Assembly (NCBI RefSeq): GCF_006345805.1 | Contig: NC_043004.1 | Span: 75,764,001-75,828,000, forward strand | Direction of reading: 5' to 3' | Origin: Octopus sinensis | Lineage: Eukaryota | Length of the DNA: 64,000 bases | Part shown: positions 37,691-51,493 of the stretch, in pieces | Position numbering within the stretch: the stretch's first letter is position 1 | Layout of the letters: every line of letters begins with the position of its first letter | The notes under the pieces: model-generated | Databases searched by the model: none | The model's input: the letters and a program-made list of their open reading frames with translations, nothing else | What the model was told of the DNA's origin: nothing | Made by a program: the position numbers and the translations under genes

Positions 37691-38504
37691 TACATGGCCT
37701 CTACATGTAACAAATCTGCTCTCATATCAAATAACATTAACATCTTGATCAGTTATTGTATCAACAAAATGCTTCATAATCAAATTCTTGGTAAATATTT
37801 GCTAAAGACAGTAAAACATATTTTTTAATCATTTCATGTCATAAAGTACATTGGGCCGTCTACATCTAACCATGTCTTCTGGTATCTTTGGACAATATTT
37901 ATAGCATGCTTAGACAAGAAATTGCTAGAACCTGAAGGAATCTTCCTTTATTTTTTGCAGGAAATGGACACTGTATGTAGTCCATAACGACCCTCTCATA
38001 GCTGACTCAATGAGAGAGAATGTTGCCTTAGTAATTTGACTGGTGTTTATTTGCTAACCCCAGAAAGATGAAAGTTATAGTTGACATTGGCGGCATTTGA
38101 TCTCAGGATGCAAAGACCCAAATAATTACAACTTGTATGTCAGATGCTGCACTGATATTGCCTTGTTAAAAGTCTGTGTAGTACTTATACTACACTGGGG
38201 TTGATATAATCGACTTAATCCGTTTGTCTGTCCTTGTTTGTCCTCTCTGTGTTTAGCCCCTTGTGGGTAGTAAAGAAATAGGTATTTCGTCTGTTGTTAT
38301 GTTCAAATTTCGCCGAGGTCAACTTTGCTTTCATCCTTTTGGGTTCATTTTTAGTATTCTCGTTTGTGAGAGTGTTCAAGTTTATTTCAGATCTTCTCAT
38401 CTTAAAAATCACTTCTGGCTAATCGTTGAGAGGACATTGGTGTTGCCTTGGCAGAGGTTTGCACTCTGTGAGTGCTCTTGGTATGATTATTATTATTATT
38501 TGGG

Positions 38505-38714
38505 TAGTGAGTTGGCAGAACCGTTAGCAAGCCGGGCAAAATACCATTAAGCATTTCATCCATTTTTATGTTCTGAGTTCAAATTCCACTGATGTTGACT
38601 TTGCCATTTATCCTTTTGAGGTCAATAAAATAAATACCAGTTGTGCACTGGGGTCGATGTAATCGACTTGCCCCCTCCGCCAAATTTCAGGCCTTGTGCC
38701 TATAATAGGAAGGA

Positions 38715-38716
<2 letters not shown>
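38505..38716 (+). mobile_element. SINE family B with (ATT)n tail
   Basis: Head, Meta-like block, then gtgcctataataggaaggatc(att)n. Confidence 0.85.
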
Positions 38717-38789
<73 letters not shown>

Positions 38790-39557
38790 TATTATTGAGT
38801 GAGAGAGCAGTGCATGCCATCAAAGTGACACTAGGGTACAAATATACAAAGCCCAGTATACCCATCATGACTACTCGTCTGATAAGGGTTACACCAGACA
38901 CATGCATCACAACCATATGTGCGCAACATGGTGATCTCATATCAAGATAAACAGCACATGACCTTGCAGGTGGGACCCAGTTAGAATTTTCTTCAGGTCG
39001 AGTAGCCCATCCCACTCAGAAGTTTCCTGAATAAGGGTTGTTTAAGGATGTTGAGAAAAACACCCATATTTCCAAAGGTGAATTATTCAAACCTCAAAGA
39101 ATCCCTCTCAAAACACGGCTATGATGCTCCCCCACTACTTCTGCTCATGATCAGAGATGCACATATTGTCAGCCACTAAGGGACATGGTCAACTGGTTAA
39201 GGTCAAACAACTGACAAACAAATCTGTGGTATTGAGCAGAATATTTGCTGTAGGCCATCTTTTTATACCAAGACAAAACAATGTACATGATAACACATCC
39301 AATAATTAAGATCAGAGCCATGAGAGCCACTGCTGGTACTGCATCATGGCATTTATTATTATTATTATTATATTGAGTGAGAGAGCATTCATTACCATCA
39401 AAGGTGACACTGGGTAAATATACAAGCCCAATATACCCATCTTGACTACCCGTCTGATAAGGGTACAACCAGCACATGCATCACAACCATCGGTGGCGAC
39501 ATGGTGATCTCATATCAGATAAATGGCACATGACCTTGCAGGTGGGGTCCCCGTTAG
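38790..39557 (-). mobile_element. Unclassified ~560-bp (AAT)n-tailed interspersed repeat plus a second partial tandem copy
   Basis: 38790-38975 recurs at 39370-39557; each copy has (ATT)n on its left. Confidence 0.6.
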
Positions 39558-39657
39558 NNNNNNNNNNNNNNNNNNNNNNNNNNNNNNNNNNNNNNNNNNN
39601 NNNNNNNNNNNNNNNNNNNNNNNNNNNNNNNNNNNNNNNNNNNNNNNNNNNNNNNNN
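39558..39657. other. Assembly gap (100 N)
   Basis: Run of exactly 100 N. Confidence 1.
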
Positions 39658-40451
39658 TATCAGCTTGCTTGTTATATCACCCTGCCCTCTCTTTCTCCCT
39701 GTGCTGCACCCCGCATCGTATCTGGTACAATGATGTACAAAAGTGATGCAATGGATGGTCGGTCTCCTTCCATTGGTAAACGAATAAGTAAAATTAGAAT
39801 CTAGCTTGCATCTCACTTATCATCAGCATCCTCTGTTTTATTTATTTATTTACTTATTTTGTTTTGTTTTGTTTTGACCACATTTGGCACTGGTCCCAAA
39901 TACACTTAACTACGTGGTTTAAATAGGAGAATGAGTTGGGGTATGTAACAGGTGTGGTTGCAATTTCATCTACTCCGAAGCACGCACACCCACACACACC
40001 ACACACACACACACACTTACACACACACACACACACACACACATTTTTAAATGATTCATGACAAACAGCAATATGCTTCATTTTGTAGCTACTAGTTTTT
40101 TTGTTATATGTATGTATGTATATATACACACACATGCAGGTACACATATATATTCACACAAATATACATACATATATACATGCACACACACATATATATA
40201 TACACCAATATACATATATACACTTATACACGCACATGTACACATATATATATTCACATAAATATACATATATATTATATATATATATACACACATATAT
40301 ACACGCACATGTACACGTATATATATTCACACAAATGTACATATACATACATACATGCACATATATATATATACACCAATACACATATATACTCACGCAA
40401 ATACACACACACACATACATAGACACATATACACACATGCTCAGTATCATA

Positions 40452-40853
40452 ATATTCTTTTCTACTCTAGGCCCAAGGCCCGAAATTTTGGGGGAGGAGG
40501 CCAGTCGATTAGATCAACCCCAGTACACAACTGGTATTTAATTTATTGACCCCGAAAGGATGAAAGGCAAAGTCGACCTTGGAAGATTTTGAACTCCGAG
40601 AAGTAGCGGCAGACGAAATACCTATTTCTTTACTACCCACAAGGGGCTAAACACAGAGAGGACAAGCAAGGACAGACAAACGGATTAAGTCGATTATATC
40701 GACCTCAGTGCGTAACTGGTACTTAATTTATCGACCCCAAAAGGATGAAAGGCAAAGTCGACCTCGGTGGAATTTGAACTCAGAATGTAGTGGCAGACGA
40801 AATACCGCTAAGCATTTCGTCTGGCGTGCTAACAATTCTGCCAGTTCACTGCC
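40452..40853 (-). mobile_element. SINE family B, dimeric form
   Basis: gacccc..aaggatgaaaggcaaagtcgacct occurs twice; same layout as 22590-22985. Confidence 0.85.
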
Positions 40854-41150
40854 TTAGTATCATATTATTACAATGTACCAATGACCTAAATGTTGTGGAG
40901 GTTGAGTTTTTCAAATTGTGAAAAGAGAAATATTTAACTCTAAATTTCATATTTTATTTTTTGCTTTTTCTTTGTCATTGGACTGCAACAGGGCTGGAGC
41001 ACAACCCCTTAAAGAAATTAACCCCAGCATTCGTATCATTTTAAGCCTGGTACTTACCTGATCGCTTTCTAATGTTGAGTAGCTAAGTTACCGGGATGTA
41101 GACAAACTAACACCAGTTGTCAAATGAGAGAAGAGACACACACACACATA

Positions 41151-41185
<35 letters not shown>

Positions 41186-41512
41186 ATATATATAATATAA
41201 AAAACAGTTTGAACACTTCTGTCACAATCTGAGACCTTGAAGACTGCTTTAATGCAAGAAATTATACTAGTCCCTTAATATTTGATATTCATATTTCATC
41301 TATTCAATAAGACAATCAAAACGAACGCTAAAACTATGATGATGATGATGAATACTTCATTTCATTTTACTATATATATTTTATGCTATATAATTCTATA
41401 TTCTAATTCTACATTAATAGAATTGAATATAATAAGAATATAAATAAAACATAAAAAACAGAGTTGGAATTTCTTTGAATAAATATATATGTATATATAA
41501 TATATAATATAT

Positions 41513-41564
<52 letters not shown>

Positions 41565-41585
41565 ATATAATATATAATATATACT

Positions 41586-41780
41586 GTGCAGGTGGCATGT
41601 AAAAAGCACCCACTACACTCACGGAGTGGTTGGCGTTAGGAAGGGCATCCAGCTGTAGAAACATTGCCAAATTAGACTGGACCTGGTGCAGCCTTCTGGC
41701 TTCCCAGAACCCCGGTCGAACCGTCCACCCATGCTAGCATGGAGAACGGACGTTAAACGACGATGATGTGATGATGATGA
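41586..41780 (+). mobile_element. RTE 3' end within an AT microsatellite
   Basis: Diagnostic motif and (GAT)n tail; AT runs on both sides. Confidence 0.85.
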
Positions 41781-41910
41781 TATATATAATATATAATATA
41801 TAATATATATATTATAATATAATATATATATAATATATATTATATATATATATATATATATATCTATAATATATATATAATATATATTCTATATATATAT
41901 ATATATATAT

Positions 41911-41970
<60 letters not shown>

Positions 41971-42051
41971 TATATATAGATATATATAATATATATATAA
42001 TATATTCATATATATATAATATATATATATATATAATATATTATATATATT

Positions 42052-42100
<49 letters not shown>

Positions 42101-42218
42101 TATATAATATATATAATAATATATATAATATATATATATATATATAATATAGATATATATATATAATATATAATATATATATATATATTATAGTATCTAT
42201 ATATAATATATATAATAT

Positions 42219-42261
<43 letters not shown>

Positions 42262-42281
42262 TATATATATAAATATATAAT

Positions 42282-42315
<34 letters not shown>

Positions 42316-42332
42316 ATATATATACATATATA

Positions 42333-43873
42333 TCATCATCATCATCATCGTCGTTTAACGTCCGTTCTCCATGCTAGCATGGGTTGGACGGTTCGACCGG
42401 TTCTGGGAAGCCAGAAGGCTGCACCAGGCTCCAGTCTAATTTGGCAATGTTTTCTACCGCTGGATGCCCTCCTAACCCAACCACTCCGTGAGTGTAGTGG
42501 GTGCTTTTTACGGCCCACCTGCACAGGTGCCAGGCGGGGCTGGCAACGGCCACGGTCAGATTGGTGTATTTTATGTGCACCGCACGGAAGCCAGTCGAGG
42601 CGGTGCTGGCATCGGCCACGAGTCGGATAGTGCTTTTACGTACCACCAGACCAGGGATCCTGGCTGGTTCAATTCGATTTCGATTTCGCTTGCCCCACCT
42701 GTCTTCACAAGCAAAGGGGGTTGGCAAGGGTGCCTGTCGTACGGTCGCATTGGAGTATTTTACGTGCCACGGCCACGAGTCGGATAGTGCTTACGTACCA
42801 CCAGACCAGGGATACTGGCTGGTTCAATTCGATTTCGATTTCGCTTGCCCCAACATGTCTTCACCAGCAAAGGGGGTTGGCAAGGGTGCCTGTAGTACGG
42901 TCGCATTGGAGTATTTTACGTGCCACGGCCACGAGTCCGATAGTGCTTTACGTACCACCAGACCAGGGATCCTGGCTGGTTAATTCGATTTCGATTTTTT
43001 CGCTTGCCCCAACATGTTTCTTTACAAGCAAAGGGGGTTGGCATGGGTGCTGTCGTACGGTCCGCATTGGAGTATTTTACGTGCCACGGCCCCGAGTCGG
43101 ATAGTGCTTTTTTACGTACCACCAGGCCAGGGATCCTGGCTGGTTCAATTCGGTTTCGATTTCGATTTCGATTTCGCTTGCCCCAACATGTCTTCGCAAG
43201 CATTGGGGTTGGGATGGGTGTCTGTCGTCGGATGAGGTTCTATATCGACTTCGCTTGCCTCAACCGGTCTTTGTGTCCAAGGGAGGAAAGGCATTCATAC
43301 GTGGGCTGGGCTCACTTGTCCTGCCTGGTCTTCTCACGTACAGATATTTCCAAGGTCTCGGTCCTCTGGTCATTTCCTCAGTGAGGCCTAAAGTTCAAAG
43401 GTCGTGCTTCACCACCTCGTCCCAGGTTTTCCTGGTCTCTACCTCTTCCACGGGTTCCCTCAACTGCTAGGGATTGCACTTTCTCACACACCTATCTTCA
43501 TCCATTCTCGCCACATGACCATACCAGCGCAATCGTCTCTCTTGCACACCACAACTGATGCTTCTTAGGTACAACATTTCTCTCAAGGTGCTAACGCTCT
43601 GTCGAGTATGTACACTGACATTACACATCCATCGGAGCATACTGGCTTCATTCCTCACGAGCTTACGCATGTCCTCAGCAGTCACAGCCCATGTTTCGCT
43701 GCCATGTAGCATGGCGGTTCGTACAAACGCATCATACAGTCTGCCTTTTACTCTGAGCGAGAGGCCTTTAGTCACCAGCATAGGTAAGAGCTCCCTAAAC
43801 TTTGCCCAGGCTATTCTTATTCTAGCAGTTACACTTTCAGCGCACCCACCCCACTACTGACTGGTCACCTAGA
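42333..43873 (-). mobile_element. 5'-truncated RTE LINE (ORF C-terminus, 3' UTR with ~3.8x157-bp repeat, (GAT)n tail)
   Basis: YLGD..ARIRIAWAKFRELLPMLVTKGLSLRVKGRLYDAFVRTAMLHGSETW..RRLRWYGHVARM..KTWDEVVKHDL on the minus strand. Confidence 0.92.
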
Positions 43874-43877
43874 TACC

Positions 43878-43996
43878 TACATATATATTATATATAATAT
43901 ATAATATATAATATATATATATAATATATAATTATATATATATATATCTATAATATATAATATAATATATATATATATATATATACTATATATTAT

Positions 43997-44055
<59 letters not shown>

Positions 44056-44062
44056 ATATATA

Positions 44063-44101
<39 letters not shown>

Positions 44102-44150
44102 ATATATTATATATATATATATAATATATATTATATATAATATATTATAT

Positions 44151-44190
<40 letters not shown>

Positions 44191-44211
44191 ATATATATAT
44201 ATATATATATA

Positions 44212-44287
<76 letters not shown>

Positions 44288-44342
44288 ATATAATATATAT
44301 ATATATATATAATATATATATATATAATATATAATATATATA

Positions 44343-44374
<32 letters not shown>
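43878..44374. repeat. Imperfect (AT)n/(ATAAT) microsatellite; similar run at 41780-42332
   Basis: Direct reading. Confidence 0.95.
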
Positions 44375-44700
44375 GGCGCAGGAGTGGCTGTGGTGGTAAG
44401 TAGCTTGCTAACCAACCACATGGTTGCGGGTTCAGTCCCACTGCATGGCATCTTGGGCAAGTGTCTTCTGCTATAGCCCCGGGCTGACCAATGTGAGTGG
44501 ATTTAGTAGACGGAAGCTGAAAGAAGCCTGTTGTATATATGTATATATGTGTTTGTATGTCTGTGTTTGTCCCCCTAGCATTGCTTGACAACCGATGCTG
44601 GTGTGTTTACATCCACGTCACTTAGCGGTTTATCAAAAGAGACCGATAGAATAAGTACTGGGCTTACAAAGAATAAGTCCTGAAACAAGTAAAAGAGAGA
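44375..44700 (+). mobile_element. SINE family C with 3' internal deletion
   Basis: ggcgcaggagtggctgtgg head; gaataagtcc joins directly to tgaaacaagtaaaagag. Confidence 0.85.
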
Positions 44701-45825
44701 GTATATAATACATATATATCATCATCATTGTTTAATGTCCGTTTTCCATGCTGGCATTGGTTGGACGGTTTGGCTGAGGTCTGGAGAGCCAGCAGCTTCA
44801 CCTGGTTGTATGTGTGTGTTGGACTGCTGGACTCTAAACAGTTTTTCTCTCTTCATTTATTTCCTGTTATTCCTTTCTGTCGAGGAGCGTAGGCTGAAAG
44901 CATAAACGACTTTTCCATTTTTCTGGATTGTTAAACTAATACACCTACTTGTTGTTCCTACACCTGTCTTTTGTTTTTTAATAAAATTGAACTCCACGCA
45001 CACACACACACACACCACACACACACATATAAATATATACGATGGGCATATTTCATTTTCCGTCTTCCAAATCCTTTCACAAGGATTTTGTTGGTCTGAG
45101 GCATATAAGACCCTTGCCCAATGTGCCACACAGTGGGACTCAGCAGAGATCCATGTGGTTGGAAATTGAACTTCTTCCCCCACACCCACTCCTACATCCA
45201 CATATATATTGAATTCTATATTCAGTCTAATGTTTGTTGTTTGTATGTAATTAAAAACACTTATAAATATGTGTGCATAACATATTTATATTCACACATA
45301 CACATGCGCATATACACACACAAAATGTACTCGGTCACTCTCACAGACACATTATATAAAACTATTGACTTTTGAAAAAGCTGTTTCACAATCAAGAAAT
45401 GCGTTCAACCATAAAAAAAAAAACTCAGCACCCCACCCACGCCCATCCCTCCGTTACTGATGCCATGGAAGTTAATCTATTTGAGTCAATATTACCCACA
45501 TTTAACTCTATAATTATGAACATGTTGAAGCCCCCAAAGCTGGGGACAGGGGAATCGGCCCCACCCATTAACCTCAATTGTTGGCTCAGACTGTTGGAGC
45601 CCCCCTCCCCCCAACATTTTCAAGTTGTTCATTCTTTTACTTGTTTCATAACTTAGTGGTTCAGCAAAAGAGGCCAATAGAATAAGTACCAGGCTTTAAA
45701 AGAAGAAAACATGTACTGGGGTTTATTCATTCAACTAAAAATTCTTCAAGGTGGTGCCCCAGCATGGCCACAGTCTAATGACTGAAGCAAGTAAAAAAAA
45801 AGACAATAGGAAGATAATAATCCTT

Positions 45826-46014
45826 TCTACTGAAGGCACAAGGCACTAATCGATTACATCAACCCCAGTGTTTCACTGGTACTTAATTTATCGACCCCCA
45901 AAAAGATGAAAGGCAAAATCAACCTTGGGAGAATTTGAACTCAGAACGTAAAGACAGACAAAATGCTGCTAAGCATTTTTTCTGGTGTGCTAACCATTCT
46001 GCCAGCCCACCACC
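45826..46014 (-). mobile_element. SINE family B
   Basis: Meta-like block in reverse. Confidence 0.8.
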
Positions 46015-46662
46015 TTCTAGGAAGATAATAATGATAAAAGTATTGTTATATTTCAGAATGATCAATTTTTTTAGGCCAATGAAATAGTTAAAGCAAACAG
46101 ACAGGACACATTGTATAATGCAATCCTAAGTTTGATGACATTAAAAAAAGCTGAGTTAGTCACAGCTGGAATGCTTTAAATTGTGACTCATGTTTAACCA
46201 CTGCTGACCTTGACTACACAACACCAAAGAGTACATCTGCATCTACTTGTCCCACTTTAATTAACTGGCACTCTGTGGGTTATGACAATGAAGGTTCCAG
46301 TTAATCCAACCAATGGAACAGCTAGCTCGGGAAATTAAACGTGCAAGTGGCTAAGCTTTCTGCAGACATGAATCCTTAACATGGTTCTCAGGGAAGATTC
46401 TAGATGAGACAGATTGTGACAAGACTGGCCTTTTGGATTACAAGTACAAATCATTTTTGCCAGTTGATTGGACTGGAGCAGCATGGAATAAAATATCTTA
46501 AAGGACACAATATGTCTCTGGGAATTGAACTCATGCCTTTACAACCGTGAGCCAAATTCCCTAACCATTAAGCTGCATACCTTCACTAGCTTCAGAAATA
46601 TAGAGATCTGATGAGCAAAACTAACTCTTGACCTGAATTTTTCGAAGTAGATCTGTCTTTAG

Positions 46663-48143
46663 ACCTTTAGCATGCAGATTACTCTGTTGAACATGAGGCC
46701 TGATCAATAAGTATCCGGACTGTTGCCAGAGTAACAAAGCTAAAGCACACACAGTGAAGCCACTTGGCAAAGATAGACCTCGACCTATGCTGTGCATGTG
46801 CGTTAGTTTTAACATTCTAGCTCACTTGTGCTGTTTGCAGCAGTGCTTGGAAGGAAGATGTGTAGCGTGTGATCATCTGCATTGACCATGACAGAGAAAG
46901 TTGTCATGGTGATACCTGCTCAGAAGCTGATGCAAAGTTGCAGAAAGTGCATGGAGAGATGTGCATGAGCTGCATACAAGTGTATGAGTGGTTCAGACAT
47001 TTCCAAGATGGCCAAAAAAAATGTCGATATTGATGAACGTTCTGGGAGACCCACAACCAGTAGAACTGAGAAAAACATCACAGATGTGCGTGCAGTTGTG
47101 TGAGGGGAAATCGTTGAATTACCATCCGTGGGTTGTTAGAGGATGTGCAGGTTAGTTATGATTCAGTTCAATCCATTATCACTGAAGATTTGGGTTTCAG
47201 ACATGTATCTGCCAAGTTTGTGCCAAAACTGATTTCATCATCGTTTAACGTCCGTTTTCCGCGCTAGCACGGGTTGGACGGTTCGACCGGAGCCTGGGAA
47301 GCCAGGGGCTGCACCAGGCTCCAGTCTGATCTGGCAGAGTTTCTACAGCTGGATGCCCTTCCTAACGCCAACCACTCCATGAGTGTAGTGGGTGCTTTTT
47401 ATGTGCCACCTGCACAGGTGCCAGGGGGGACCGGCATCGGCCACGATCGGTTGGAGCTTTTAACGTGCCACTGGCACGGAAGCCAGCTAAAGCGGTGCTG
47501 GCAACGGCCACGTTCAGATGGTGCTTTTTATGTGCCACCGGCACAGGAGCCAGTCAGTGCGGGGCTGGCATCGGCCACGTTCGGATGGTGCTTTTTCCCA
47601 GCTGACCAAAAAGAAACTTGAGTTTCAAATGCACAAAATCTTCTTGATTTTGTGTTGAGAAGGATGAAAACGTTTTGAGAACTTTGCTGAGGCCTCTGAG
47701 CAGGCATCGCCAAGCTTTTGGCAAAATTTGATGCAGATTCTCTGCTCAACTTTCTCTGTTATGGTTAATCACACAACAATCACACACTACACACCTTCCT
47801 TCCAAGTACTGCAGAAATGAGCTAGAATGTTAAAACTTAGTACACATGCACAGCAGAGTTCGAGGTCAATGTGTGCCAAGCGGCTTCACTCTGCGCACTT
47901 TAGCTTCATTACTATGGCAACAGTCCAGATACTTATTGATCAGACCACGTGTAAATCATATTCATTCAGAATACTTCGAATTAATTATGCGTTATCTTGT
48001 AGCTTTGAGATTTCAATGATATGATTGTTTATTTTTAGAATGACATTGTAAGGTAAGTATGAGAGGCAAGATCTGGCCAGTTTGAACATAAAACAGGTAG
48101 AATAGTTGGAGCCCCAGATATGACTGGTTTAAATGTTAAAGGG
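46663..48143 (+). mobile_element. piggyBac-type TTAA MITE hosting a mariner derivative
   Basis: 5' piece cctttagcatgcagattactctg (46664-46689); remainder 47954-48143 ends aatgttaaaggg-ttaa. Confidence 0.8.
46692..47951 (+). mobile_element. Mariner-family defective element with long inverted ends, interrupted by an RTE 3' end (47236-47598, minus)
   Basis: catgaggcctgatcaataagtatccggactg versus cagtccagatacttattgatcagaccacgtg-ta; transposase relic QVYEWFRHFQDG..DERSGRPTTS..EDLGFRHVSAKFVPKL..ADQKE. Confidence 0.9.
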
Positions 48144-48224
48144 TTAATTCATAGCTGAAATAACAACACCGGAAACTTCCCACCACCATTACAGACATAT
48201 GGGATCCACAAGAAAAACAGCATG

Positions 48225-48722
48225 CCACTGGCACAGAAGCCGGTTAGCCACTCTGTCAATAAGGGTGATCGTTGACAGAACGGCTTACCGGCTTCTGTGC
48301 CAGTGGCACATAAAAGGGCACCATTTGAGTGTGATCGTTACCAGCATCGCCTTACTGGCACTTGTGCCCGTGCTAGTAGGGTGCTAAGAGCACCATCCAA
48401 GCGTGGTCGTTGCCAGAGCAGACAACTGGCTCTTAAAAGGGCACCATTCGAGCGTGATCATTACCAACGTCGCCTTACTGGCACCTTTGCCAGTGGCACA
48501 TGTAAAAAGATTCGAGTGAGGTCATTGCCAGTACCGCCTGACTGGCACGTAAAAAGCACCCACTACATTCTCAGAGTGGTTGGCATTAGGAAGGGCATCC
48601 AGCTGTAGAAACTCTGCCAGATCAGATTGGAGCCTGGTGCGCCAGCCCTCAGTCAAAATCGTCCAACCCATGCTAGCATGGAAAACGGACGTTAAACGAT
48701 GATGATGATGATGATGATGATC
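48225..48722 (+). mobile_element. RTE 3' end with several internal UTR repeat units
   Basis: Repeated ggcac(a/g)t..aaaa..gcacc units, diagnostic motif and (GAT)n tail. Confidence 0.85.
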
Positions 48723-48984
48723 ACACTGTTTCCTTTCATGGTGTTGATGTTGTTGGTAAATCCATGTGAACCTTGTACTAAACTTATCATCTCCCCCCTT
48801 TCTTGATGTCACTATAGGGCTAACCCCTGCCCACCATTGGTTGATACTACTAGAGTCAGGATGAAAATGTAGAAATAAGTAAGTTCTGATCTAAAAGACG
48901 TAATAATCCAAGGTGAACTGTCACATTTTGAATTACCCTGTATATATGTTATCCTCTACTCATCTAGTATTACATATGTGAGCT

Positions 48985-49025
<41 letters not shown>

Positions 49026-49834
49026 ATTAGGATGGCATTGGGAACAGGACAGTTGATTTGAGAGAGATTTCTTTGCTATTTCTAGCAAATCAAACAGCCA
49101 GATAGAAGCTTCTTTATTCACCCAAGATGTTTGATGTTTATTTTGTTTGTGTGTGAAATGTTTTGTTTTGGTTTGAGGGTATATAGTGCACGTTGGCACA
49201 CTTCTAAAATACCAACAGCTACAGAATGTACTTAACTAAACACTACTTCTAGAACAAAGGAGCATTTAAGAACTTGCTCAGTCAACTAGAAACAACAGCC
49301 AAATTGCCCTCATTACACCTTACTACCTTCAAAGAAAACACTGGAAATCTCTTAGAGAAGGATATGCTTGTAAAATAGATATGTATGAGCCATTATGAGA
49401 GTCTCAACGTGCGAGAAATAGCAGCCAAATTTCACTTAGATTATACTCAACCATGTTGAGGAAAACACACTGAATAATGTTAGCAATGCAGAATTTGATT
49501 ATGGGCTTGCATACCTTTGATCATAGGTCTGCTGAATGAGGAACTAATCTGGAGTTAATTACTCAACAAGATAGTCATGGTTGGAACACTTTTGATCATA
49601 GTGTGCTTGATCAATGTTGACCTGGGGTTAAACAAGTGTCATCTCTATCGACCCACCACCCCACAGACATCTTACTAACCTTGCAATAATCAAATATAGT
49701 TAACTATAAACACAGTTCCTTATTAAGTTAGCAACAATAAAATGCTGTTAATATAAACGTTATGGTGAGATGCAAAACCTGCCATCATCACCATAGTAAC
49801 AACACTCACAGAACCATTTTTCTACAACTATTGC

Positions 49835-50206
49835 TGATGCTGTTGCTGTTGAGCGAAGGGATCTTCGTCCCATTAGTGGGAGAAGTCCGAAACGTGGTCC
49901 TTTGCTATTCGTAAGACCCGTAGAAGAGAAAGCAGGTCAACCCCCGACACTGAGAGCATCGACGATGGATGAATGCACATCCAAGCTCAGCAGTTGCGTA
50001 GGAAGTCGGGGACAAGTAACAGAAAGGAAGAGAGAAAGTTGGAGCGAAAGAGTACAACGGGGGTCGCCACCACCCCCTGCCGGAGCCTCATGGAGCTTTA
50101 GGTGTTTTCGCTCAATAAACACACACAACACCCGGTCTGGGAATCGAAACCGCAATCCTCTGACCGCGAGTCTGCTACCCTAACCACTGGGCCATTGCGC
50201 CTCCAC
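49835..50206 (-). mobile_element. SINE with family D head and a third tail type
   Basis: Minus strand: gtggaggcgcaatggcccagtggttag..ggtttcgattccc..gagcgaaaacacctaaagctccatgaggctcc; CAG/CAA-rich tail. Confidence 0.85.
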
Positions 50207-51097
50207 TGTTGATGCTACTGCTGCTACTACTACTACTGTTGCTGCTAAGAAACCAATGAAGGGGTTCCTGTGCCAGCAAACTCCCTCAGCTTAAACCCTA
50301 TTGTTTTAGGACAGAAATAAAATAGTAGATATTTTAGTCCCACATATATGAAAAGACAAGTTGGTCATGGATGGAATGCCTTCGAAATAAAATTACCCTT
50401 TTTTTTTAATTAGTTGTGGGGCAGGATGTGCTGTTAATTATATTAATCCCTAATTACTGATTGCTAATTTAGTAACACCTGAAAGGATCAAAGGCTAAGT
50501 CTACCTTGGTAGAATATAGTCTCAGAACAGAACTGTGAAACTTAATACTGCTGATCATTCTGTCTGATGCTCTACCAGTTCTACCAACATACCACTCCCA
50601 ATGCTACTACTACTACTGCTGCTGCTGCTATTACAAACACCACCACTGCAGCTGCTGCTATATTTTAAATATCACTACTGCCACTACAATTACCACCACT
50701 GCTACTACTACAAAACTACACTTACTATTACAAACACTGTTGAGGAGATGATGGTGGTGACAGCAGCTCCGTCACCACCAACCACAACAACAAAACTGAG
50801 ATACCAATAAATCAATCAATGAGTGAAAAAAAAAAAACTACCCCCCCCCCCCCATCCTTTATAATCTCCATACTTTACTTCTTGAACTGGTTTGTTTATT
50901 TTTTTTTTTTTAATCAATTGATCTTGTAGTATTTAGTTTAGCTGTCGAATATTGATGAGAAATAAGTAGATACAGATGCACGTGCGCACACACGTTTATA
51001 TTTTCATTTTCCCCCAATTACAAGGGTTGGTCAGGTTTTCTCAAACACAGTATTTGCATCTCTTCCTTGTGATCCTTTTTTTTTTTCTTATATCTCA

Positions 51098-51493
51098 CTA
51101 GCAGTATCACCCGGCGTTGCTTGGGTTTGTTTCGACCCTTTAGAATTGGAATTTTTGAAAAGTAAAAATTTTGCATTATGTAGCTTGTTATTCTCTTTAA
51201 GTGAACATTTTTCTGGTTGAAATACACCAAAAAATGGCGACAAAGCAGTAAAAAAATCGTAAAAAAATAGGGGGTTTCATAGAAAAAAAGCACTTTTTTG
51301 ATGTAAATAATTTTTGGTGTTAATATGGTCCGATTTGAATTTTTTTCATCTACGGAAGGAAGAGCAAGCCTTCTTCTATCATACTCTCAATTTTGGTCAA
51401 CTTGCACCGCAGGGTCTTGAAGGAGATAGTGTTTGTTGAAGGCTACCAAACCTGCCATACACAGACAACTTCAGCTTTATGTATAGAGAGAGA
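51098..51493 (-). mobile_element. Non-autonomous Helitron
   Basis: Minus strand A|TC...GC-rich short hairpin..CTAG|T; reverse complement of 54816-55207. Confidence 0.8.
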
